A DNA stretch of 32,000 bases from Promethearchaeota archaeon. Its GTDB lineage: Archaea; Asgardarchaeota; Thorarchaeia; Thorarchaeales; Thorarchaeaceae. Shown here piece by piece: positions 7,731 through 14,944 of this stretch. The stretch covers positions 43,724-75,723 of the forward strand of contig JALVPN010000144.1 in NCBI GenBank assembly GCA_027031765.1, in the 5' to 3' direction. A model generated the notes under the pieces. It saw only the letters and a program-made list of their open reading frames with translations, was not told the DNA's origin and did no database searches. Position 1 is the stretch's first letter, and each line of letters begins with the position of its first letter. The position numbers were made by a program, and so were the translations under genes.

Positions 7731-8907
7731 GCAGTGAGCCCAGCAGGCGGCTCAAGAGTATCAGGCCTCTCCTCAAGTCTGATGGGCTGATGCGTCCGGA
7801 CGCAGCGGGGCCCGTCGCGATGGCGAGCAGTAGGAGGAGCGACATGAGCCGAGTCACAAACAGGGTGTGCTCTAGGTGGAAGTCGCGGTTGCCACTCGCA
7901 TCGACTATCAGGAGTTCGAGGCGTCTCATCAGCGGCTCAAGGTAGTCTGCCAGCCCCGAGGTGTTGTGTAGTCTTTTCAGGGCCTGCGTCACAGCCTGCG
8001 GGTCTTGCAGGAAGTCCAGTGGGACTCCAACCGCCCCCAGCAGTGCGAGGCCCCTGTGGGTCACTCGCTCGTAGTCTGACGCGCCAAGCTGTTCCATGGC
8101 CGAGGCAGCCGCATGACATTGTGCGAGTATCCGGAGTGAGCCAGTGAGCACCTCCCGGACGATGCGCGGTCGCGTCGGGACAACTGGTGAGATGTGGACT
8201 GCATGTGACCGTTCAAGATGAGCTGCCATTGAAGAGTCGAGCTGTGACTCGAAGTCTGGAGCCAGGATGACATCAGCAGCCTTGAGGAGTATGGGATGGG
8301 TGCCTACACGGCGGACGGCGACTAATGCCCTGAACTCGTCCGGGTCGACATGGAAGAGCAGGACGCGTGTGACATCATAGGCCCGTTCAAAGTCGTTCTC
8401 TGTAGTGGAGCTGCGTCCCCGGAGAAATGAGAGCAGAGAACACAGTATCGTCCAGATAGATACCAGCGACTCGCACATACCATCACATGCTGCCCGGTCG
8501 TTGACCTCATGTTCATCAAGGAAACGGGCAAGCCGGTCGACCGCACCGCCGAGGCGGCTCATGGTCGGCCCATCAATGGTGACCGCCGCGAGGGAGTCGA
8601 GGGACTCGCGAGGACTGCGTGTTGGCGGCCGCAGCACGAAGAACGGTTGGCGCCGGTCAAGTGACCACCACCTTGATGTCGAGGCGAAGTAGTCAAGGAG
8701 GTCTATGCTCGCGGTCAAGTCGTCCATGCCAGTGGTGTTGCGTCCGTCCAGATAGGCCAAGAGGCGTGAGAAGAGCGAGAGAAACCGTGCGACATGGACG
8801 CGGACCGGGGTGCCGGCCAGTTTTGCGTCTGTGAAGTGGCCCGAAATCGTATTGATATGGGCCAGACATCCTTCATCTAGGGAGGTCGCAATGATGCCAC
8901 GGTACAC
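7720..8907 (-). CDS. Hypothetical all-helical protein with four ~105-aa lid/histone-fold-like repeats
   Basis: Long ORF filling the gap between acdB and uppS; repeated 'A..xGR.tt..D+..A' helical motif near aa 51-70, 160-180, 265-285 and 362-385. Confidence 0.75.
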   Translation of the reverse strand: MYRGIIATSLDEGCLAHINTISGHFTDAKLAGTPVRVHVARFLSLFSRLLAYLDGRNTTGMDDLTASIDLLDYFASTSRWWSLDRRQPFFVLRPPTRSPRESLDSLAAVTIDGPTMSRLGGAVDRLARFLDEHEVNDRAACDGMCESLVSIWTILCSLLSFLRGRSSTTENDFERAYDVTRVLLFHVDPDEFRALVAVRRVGTHPILLKAADVILAPDFESQLDSSMAAHLERSHAVHISPVVPTRPRIVREVLTGSLRILAQCHAAASAMEQLGASDYERVTHRGLALLGAVGVPLDFLQDPQAVTQALKRLHNTSGLADYLEPLMRRLELLIVDASGNRDFHLEHTLFVTRLMSLLLLLAIATGPAASGRISPSDLRRGLILLSRLLGSLLSH

Positions 8908-9055
8908 ATCGATTGGTCTTCTAGCCAGCGTCTGTGCCTCCTAGAGTGGAGAGGTGATGCTCATGACGGACGCGCGAGGAGTGAACGGGGGGAGGGATAA
9001 CAGTGTCCAGTAAAAACAGTGTGTATTGCGTGGGGTGGTGGGGACCGACCAGAAC

Positions 9056-9835
9056 CTACTTGCCAAAACGACGGGTCCTGTGCTCGTAGGACCGCAACGC
9101 ACGCCAGATGTCAATCCGTCGGACTGCTGGCCAATAGACCTGGGCGAAGTACAGTTCGGAGTATGCAGACTGCCACAGGAGGAACCCGGAGAGGCGTTCC
9201 TCGCCGGATGTGCGGATGATCAGGTCGGGGTCGGGGATGCCACTTGTGTAGAGGTGGCGTTCAATGACCTGCTCGTCGATGTCGGAGGGAGCAAGCTCCC
9301 CAACGGCAATCTTCTCACCAATAGCCCTGACAGCATCGACCAGCTCAGTGCGTCCTGAGTAGCCAATGGCAACGTTGAGGATGTGGTCGCTGTAGGCCGC
9401 GGTCTCTGCTTCTGCCATCCGTATGGCCTCCTGCACATCGGGGGGGAGGAGGTCCACCCGACCTATGGCATTGATACGGACGCGGTGCTTGTGTACATCA
9501 GGGTTTCCAACGACCTCTCTGAACTTCTCCTTTGCAATATGCATGATGTGAGAGACCTCTTCTCTGGAACGCCGGAAGTTCTCAACGGAGAAGGCATAGA
9601 GCGTGCAGACCTTGACGCCAGCTTCCCACAGGATACGGAGCACTTCCATGACCTTCTGAGCACCCTTCTGGTGACCGAACCATGGGGCGTCTACACCGTG
9701 CTCGCGGGCGTATCGTCTGTTGCCGTCGAGGATTATGCCCACATGCCGGGGCGCCCTTTCTTTGTTCAGTTGCCTGTGCAACCAGAACTCATAGAGCCGG
9801 TAGACCGGACCAGTGAGGTTCAATGCTCCGCGCAC
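9056..9835 (-). CDS. uppS: cis-Prenyltransferase (undecaprenyl/polyprenyl diphosphate synthase)
   Basis: HVGIILDGNRRYA, GHQKG, YAFSVENFRR, DPDLIIRTSGEERLSGFLLWQSAYSELYF. Confidence 0.96.
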   Translation of the reverse strand: MRGALNLTGPVYRLYEFWLHRQLNKERAPRHVGIILDGNRRYAREHGVDAPWFGHQKGAQKVMEVLRILWEAGVKVCTLYAFSVENFRRSREEVSHIMHIAKEKFREVVGNPDVHKHRVRINAIGRVDLLPPDVQEAIRMAEAETAAYSDHILNVAIGYSGRTELVDAVRAIGEKIAVGELAPSDIDEQVIERHLYTSGIPDPDLIIRTSGEERLSGFLLWQSAYSELYFAQVYWPAVRRIDIWRALRSYEHRTRRFGK

Positions 9836-10049
9836 CTCTCTTCATTCAAGATGTGAGTGCTCGACATCAGCAGCTGACTGGAAAACGGCTGGGCCTCCGA
9901 GGACGGGACTCGACACAGCCCGGCCGGCCTTCATTGAGAGGCCAAGGCAGTGGGAGCTGCCAGTTTCACGTCAGCACATGACAGCCACATCTCTCACAGA
10001 ATAGGTTCCAATGATGCCCTAATAGGCTTGATGCTCCGGAAACGGCAGA

Positions 10050-10421
10050 CTATATCATCTTGGCAATCTTGTCGGCCGCCCGTTTCATGTCTAGGAAGAT
10101 GAGGCCGAGCTTTGCATTTGCAGTTGTGGACACTGTAAGGCACGCATTCATCCCGGCCTGGACCACAAGCAGCCAGCCGTCGGCCCCCTTGATGTTCACC
10201 TGTTCAAGAGTGCCCTTGCCGAGTTCGATGGCAGCCTTCTCACCCAAGGTCAGCATGGCTGCCGTCATGGCGGCCACCTTTGCTTCGTCCACATCAGTGG
10301 GCAGGGCAGACACGATTGGCAGCCCCTCAACACTCACAATGGCACATGCCTCAATCTCAGGAATACTTCCCTGTAGCTCGTTGAGCACACCTTCAAGAGT
10401 ATCTTCGCGTGTTTCACTCAA
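10050..10421 (-). CDS. Roadblock/LC7 domain protein
   Basis: IEACAIVSVEGLPIVSALP, KVAAMTAAML.LGEKAA.ELGKG.LEQV.IKG..G, LGLIFLDMKRAA. TTG start with SD TGAGGTGG. Confidence 0.93.
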   Translation of the reverse strand: MSETREDTLEGVLNELQGSIPEIEACAIVSVEGLPIVSALPTDVDEAKVAAMTAAMLTLGEKAAIELGKGTLEQVNIKGADGWLLVVQAGMNACLTVSTTANAKLGLIFLDMKRAADKIAKMI

Positions 10422-10432
10422 TTAGCCCCACC

Positions 10433-11005
10433 TCACTTGTACAACCGCTTGAGGATTACCTCGCGCGCTATCGCTTGGAATGCGCGCTTCACACCCACAC
10501 CTTGGACAGCGATGGTCTCGTAGATTGGGACGTTCCCGCCAAGTCCCAGCAGGTCAAGCATCTCCTCGCGGGACATCCGGTTTGGCAAGTCCCGCTTGTT
10601 GAGCATCACCACAATGGGGATTTCGCGCCCCAACGCATCCCCGAGGAACAGTTTGAGTTCCTCAAAGCTCTCGACGTTCTCCTCGCGTTGATCCGGGGAC
10701 GAGTCGGCAACAAAGAGGATGCCATCCGCTCCTTGTAGGACGACCTTCCTCTGATGGCGGTGTCTCTTCTGACCGGCAACCGTGAACACATCAAAGAGCA
10801 CGCGACCACCGGCACTCATCGGGACATAGTCAAAGAACAGAGTCCGGTTCGTTTCGTCCTCAATCGCAGTGAACTCGCCCTTCTGTAACCCCTCGACCTT
10901 GCCATACAGCCATCTCAGTGCAGTGGTCTTTCCACCCAGCGAGGGGCCATAGAAGACCAGTTTGAGATGGATGCGACCTTCGGTATCACGCCGTATTGTA
11001 AACAC
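10433..11005 (-). CDS. mglA: MglA-family small GTPase
   Basis: G1 FYGPSLGGKTT; switch I NRTLFFDYVP (intrinsic Arg finger); G3 TVAGQ; VADS...ENVES; G4 NKRD; G5 TIA..GVGV. GTG start with SD GTGAGG. Confidence 0.9.
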   Translation of the reverse strand: MFTIRRDTEGRIHLKLVFYGPSLGGKTTALRWLYGKVEGLQKGEFTAIEDETNRTLFFDYVPMSAGGRVLFDVFTVAGQKRHRHQRKVVLQGADGILFVADSSPDQREENVESFEELKLFLGDALGREIPIVVMLNKRDLPNRMSREEMLDLLGLGGNVPIYETIAVQGVGVKRAFQAIAREVILKRLYK

Positions 11006-11180
11006 CTCACTGTTCCACTGCGTTGTTAGTCACCGGGACAGGGCCCGGAGAGATCATCGAGAGATGCGGACTCCATGCCACTAAGGACGCGCGACTGATA
11101 CGGGCCTCGCGGCCCGGCAGGATGGTCAGGACCCAGTGTGATGGCCAGAGTCCGGGGTTGAGTGTTCTAGATTTCAGTCC

Positions 11181-11188
11181 AATAAAAG
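11181..11188 (-). promoter_or_regulatory. Putative TATA box (CTTTTATT) upstream of mglA with GTGGC-N4-GCCAC palindrome
   Basis: Near-identical to the element at 1243-1275; it implies a leader of about 150 nt. Confidence 0.45.
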
Positions 11189-11410
11189 CCTTTGTGGCAC
11201 AGGCCACTGTTGGTGTGTCGAACCAAGGACAGCTTGGGACAGACAGGGCCATTGTAAGTGGCAGGTGGAAGTTGACAGATGACTCGTTGGACATTGTTCC
11301 GGCCACACTATCGCATGCTCTCATCCGCCAGCAGTGGGCACTATGACCATATTGGGTAGCTGTGACCCGTACGGTCGGGACGATACCAGCGCCCCTACTG
11401 GAATAGAGGC

Positions 11411-11881
11411 TCACACGCGCTCCAACTTTGCCAGAGCTGACCGCAGGTCTTCCTCGTCGATGTCCTTGTCCTTGCCAGGGGCCTCAACACCCTCGACCGA
11501 GAGGAACTCGTCCAGCTCGCGGGCAAGCTGTGCGCCCTGCTTCTTCATTACAAGACGGATGAGCCCAATGTTGACCTCGGCTTCCGACACAACGCACAGC
11601 ACACCTTTCCCGCAGGCGGAGGCGAAAATCTTGCCCTGAGAGAACTCTGAGGTGACAATCTCAAGCTCACCGATCTGTAGGTTCTTGCCCTGTTCCTCAC
11701 TGGCACAGAAGACGGCACTGGCAATCGCACCGATAGAGTCAACATCAACGGGGTAGTAGCTCAACTTTGACACGTTGGCAATTGTGAGTCCCGTCTTGTC
11801 AACCAGGATTACTTTCTTGATACCTTTGTCTTGCTTGATTATCTCGGTAAGGATCTTGTCGAAAGCCTTTGGATCAGTCAT
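11411..11881 (-). CDS. Roadblock/LC7 (MglB-like) protein with acidic linker and C-terminal helix
   Basis: VILVDKTGLTIA, IGAIASAVF.ASEEQGK.L.IGELE.V..EF..GKI, NIGLIRL; about 30-aa tail ending DEEDLRSALAKLERV. Confidence 0.88.
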   Translation of the reverse strand: MTDPKAFDKILTEIIKQDKGIKKVILVDKTGLTIANVSKLSYYPVDVDSIGAIASAVFCASEEQGKNLQIGELEIVTSEFSQGKIFASACGKGVLCVVSEAEVNIGLIRLVMKKQGAQLARELDEFLSVEGVEAPGKDKDIDEEDLRSALAKLERV

Positions 11882-11895
11882 GATGTCAACCCCAC

Positions 11896-12192
11896 TTATG
11901 CATTCTTCAGAACCACTAGTATCAGGCCTTCTCGTGGTTCCGGTGCGATGTTTATCTGTCCTTTGGAAGTGTCAAGAGTGAGGAACGAGAGGCTCCCCTC
12001 TTTCAACTCCCTCACGGCGTCAAGGGCCTTGCCGACCAGAGAAGTGATTATTGCAGCAACACTCTCGGTGGTCTCTGGGTCGAGGTCGCTACTCAAGGGT
12101 AGGCCTTCCATCGTGGTGACCACTACTCCACGGACGCCCTCTTGAGCCTTAATCTTGTTGAGGATTCCCTCAAGTTTCTCTTGGCTAATCAA
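11896..12192 (-). CDS. Dynein light chain roadblock (DYNLRB)-like protein
   Basis: Start re-picked to TTG 12192 (SD GCGGTGAT 7 nt upstream), 98 aa: [38 protein letters not shown]...[17 protein letters not shown]...LILVVLKN. The ORF-track 5' extension is not protein-like. Confidence 0.85.
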   Translation of the reverse strand: MISQEKLEGILNKIKAQEGVRGVVVTTMEGLPLSSDLDPETTESVAAIITSLVGKALDAVRELKEGSLSFLTLDTSKGQINIAPEPREGLILVVLKNA

Positions 12193-12352
12193 CGATGGTA
12201 TCACCGCTGCTGTCAATGGTGCTTCCAACGCATTTTTCGTACTCTTTCTGGGTATTTGAGAGTTGTGATTATTATCTCTGCGTATCGGCTGCACGCTGCA
12301 CGTAGTAGCAGCCTGTACACTGCAAAGGGAGTGGCCAGAAATAAAGCTGCTC

Positions 12353-14017
12353 CTACTCGTCGTCATCGTCCTCCTCGTCGTCCTCACGCACCAGTTCATC
12401 AAGTCGTGCACGCATCTTTGAGATGTTCATGGACGCCATCATATCCCTGGCCATTGCGGCCCGGAATGGTGGGGCTGCTGCAGCCTCTGCCTGCACCTGA
12501 ATCTGCTCCTCAAGGTCTTCTTCCTGTTCGGCCATTATGCGGTCGGCCGTTTCAAAGGACTCACGTGCATGAGAGGGCGCAGCAGCAGCCATGGCACGCA
12601 GGACATGTCGCAATTCCCGGATTTTTGATGCTCCGGCCTCTTGGTGCCCATGAAATGCCTCCTCCCCCGCCTTCTGTACAGCAAAGGCTGCTGAGAGGGT
12701 CGGGTCAAACGATGCGAGGAGTTCATCCTCCCGGCGTGCAACTTTCAGTTCCGTGGTGACGGCCCGGAGATGGCGCGCACCCTCATCGTCGGTGTATTCG
12801 ACCTGTATCTGGATTGGGACTGTTTCGGACTCGATTTCGTGTGTTGGTTCCATGGAGAGATAGATCTCATGGGTATCGGCTACAGCACCGATACGGCTGC
12901 TCCGTGCCCCCGCCAGTGAGCGGGCCGCCTCAGGGGAAAGGCCGGACACTTCGCCAACACGCACCCCGGGTGGTGTGATGACCCGGACTTCGACATCGCG
13001 ACCGAGAATGCTGGCCCCAGACAGACGGGCCATGTACTTGTCCAGTTCCGAGGGCGTGACGTAGTACATCTGTCCGCCCGTTATCTCAGGAATGAGTCCG
13101 ATGGTCTGTAGTTCCATTCCTGACCCTGATGCGATGCCCACCACATCGAAGATGACACCCACATCATTGAACATCCGGGCAATCTGCTCATAGAACTCCT
13201 TGGCCGGGGTGACCTGATAGCCCTCCAATGCGCCAACGCCCTCATTTGCAAGCCCATCGGTAAGGAGCACCACACGGCCCACTCCGCGGTGTTTCGCAAT
13301 GACATATGCTGCGGCGACAGCGGGTCCAAGGGCTGTGCCACCCTTGTCACGCAGTTGCCGGACATGGTGCTTCAGGCGGTCTGCATTGGTACCCACAGGG
13401 ATCATCTTCACACGGTCCAGGAGCCTGCGGGTGGCGTCCATGACCCGTTCCAAGCTGGCATAACTGCCAGGGGGTATCTGGATGGGCGCCCCGGTCTCAA
13501 GGTCACGTATCACCACGCTGCTCTCGAACTCAATAAGACCGAACATGGTCTCGGGAGAGTTTGCGGCAAGGCTGTCAATGGAGTTACTTAGACTGCGCTT
13601 CACAGCTGCAAGATTGGCGCCGGCCATGGAACCAGAAACATCAATCACTGCAAGGAATGCCTTTCCAGCTGCGGGCGCAGGCTGTGTCTCAGTGGTAGTG
13701 GTCTCCTTGGGTGGCGGACTGACAACAAAGTCGGTATCGCTACCAGCCGAAACTATCTCGCCCTCTATCACGTTCAGCGTGCCACAGAAGGAGCACACAA
13801 AGTGACGCCCTATGCGTGAGTCTTCCTTTATCTGGTCTGCACTGAGCAGGACTGCGCCACATTTGTGACATGCAATCGGGCGGCCTACAATGCGGCGTGG
13901 CTCCCGGGCCAGTTCTGAGAAGTCGATACGGACTACGTAGGGGAGGCCACGGGTCACATCCCGGGATGCTGGAAACATATCCGAGCTTGTCCGTAGCATG
14001 GGCATATACAGAACCAC
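12353..14017 (-). CDS. Sec23/Sec24-like protein (Zn finger + vWA trunk + beta-sandwich + helical region)
   Basis: CHKC...CSFC zinc finger preceded by P; vWA with [19 protein letters not shown] and TGGQMYY; beta-sandwich [17 protein letters not shown]; acidic tail. Start is GTG 14017 or ATG 14005. Confidence 0.82.
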   Translation of the reverse strand: MVLYMPMLRTSSDMFPASRDVTRGLPYVVRIDFSELAREPRRIVGRPIACHKCGAVLLSADQIKEDSRIGRHFVCSFCGTLNVIEGEIVSAGSDTDFVVSPPPKETTTTETQPAPAAGKAFLAVIDVSGSMAGANLAAVKRSLSNSIDSLAANSPETMFGLIEFESSVVIRDLETGAPIQIPPGSYASLERVMDATRRLLDRVKMIPVGTNADRLKHHVRQLRDKGGTALGPAVAAAYVIAKHRGVGRVVLLTDGLANEGVGALEGYQVTPAKEFYEQIARMFNDVGVIFDVVGIASGSGMELQTIGLIPEITGGQMYYVTPSELDKYMARLSGASILGRDVEVRVITPPGVRVGEVSGLSPEAARSLAGARSSRIGAVADTHEIYLSMEPTHEIESETVPIQIQVEYTDDEGARHLRAVTTELKVARREDELLASFDPTLSAAFAVQKAGEEAFHGHQEAGASKIRELRHVLRAMAAAAPSHARESFETADRIMAEQEEDLEEQIQVQAEAAAAPPFRAAMARDMMASMNISKMRARLDELVREDDEEDDDDE

Positions 14018-14309
14018 CGTCAGTCCAATTGTCTGGAGAGCCTATACATGAACCGTATTAAGTGAATCGTAGATGGGGGAGGGTCAAAAGGCGAGTGGGT
14101 ATGGGCTCGAAAGCCACAACGTCCACAGCTGGGGGAACACGGAAAGGGTGGGGACAGCGAGGTGTACACCGTGCATACCGGTCGGGCTCCATAACTAGCT
14201 GCGAACACTAGCCCACAGGAAACCAGACAAGGGGCAGGGACTGGACGAGTGAACTGTGGAACAGCGTGCGGCACAGCACCAACGGCATGGAGGCCGCCCA
14301 CCAACACAA

Positions 14310-14317
14310 GATATAAG
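14310..14317 (+). promoter_or_regulatory. Putative TATA box (GATATAAG) of the plus-strand roadblock gene
   Basis: Preceded by BRE-like ACACAA; about 50 nt before the start. Confidence 0.5.
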
Positions 14318-14365
14318 GAGTGAGTAATCCAAACCTAGTAACGAATAGACCGCTACGGGGACTGA

Positions 14366-14737
14366 TTGACAGTGGTTGACAAGGCCAAGATTGAGAAGAT
14401 AGTTGCTGATACAATGGCAGCTAATACCGACCTCGAGGGAATTGTGGTCTGTGAGCCGACCGGCAAAGTGATCTTTGGGCACATGATTGCCGGGGGCATA
14501 AGACATGTGGACGTCGCGGGTCTTGCAGTCAAGATAGCAGCTGACGCGTCCCAGCTTGTGAAGACTCTTGAGAAGGGCGGACTGAGAGAGGTCACAATTG
14601 CATCGGAGCTAGGAGTCGTTGTGATTCTTGGTGACGTGAAGATGGTCGTGGCAGGAATAGCCGGGAAGAGCGCGCACGAGTCCATAGGGCTACTACGGAT
14701 GGCCCTCAAGCGTGCGTTGCTAGAGATGGTGGAGTAG
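14366..14737 (+). CDS. Divergent roadblock/LC7-fold protein
   Basis: About 120 aa; LEGIVVCEPTGKVI, GLREVTIASELGVVVI and SIGLLRMALKR fit the roadblock alpha-beta pattern. Start TTG 14366 or GTG 14372. Confidence 0.75.
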   Translation: MTVVDKAKIEKIVADTMAANTDLEGIVVCEPTGKVIFGHMIAGGIRHVDVAGLAVKIAADASQLVKTLEKGGLREVTIASELGVVVILGDVKMVVAGIAGKSAHESIGLLRMALKRALLEMVE

Positions 14738-14944
14738 GCAGTCAAGAAACTGTATGAGGGGCTATGGCGCAGTACAGCAGTGTATTGGCAGACCAAGACA
14801 GCACGCCGTCACCCACCCGTATTCCGACAGTATTATCTGGGTATTACCAATGATGATATTTAACCCAGTGTGTCTTCCGAATAATGTTGACACGCCAGCA
14901 CATGGTATCAGTGATAACGCTCCAGAGGCAGAAGGGAGTCCGTC

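Noticed and set aside
9950-9975. GTGAAAC..CCCACTG resemblance to a cobalamin riboswitch
   Set aside because: The GGGAA and B12-box core elements are missing.
11007-11414. 135-aa ORF between the MglB-like gene and mglA
   Set aside because: No roadblock or other recognisable pattern; it overlaps a promoter-like element and a structured leader, so it is treated as non-coding.
12193-12411. N-terminal extension of the DYNLRB-like ORF
   Set aside because: Low-complexity Ser/Thr/Arg composition, overlap with the vWA gene end, and a good SD plus TTG at 12192.
14850-14890. ATGATGA box-C word upstream of smc
   Set aside because: No downstream CTGA or terminal stem; more likely part of an AT-rich promoter.
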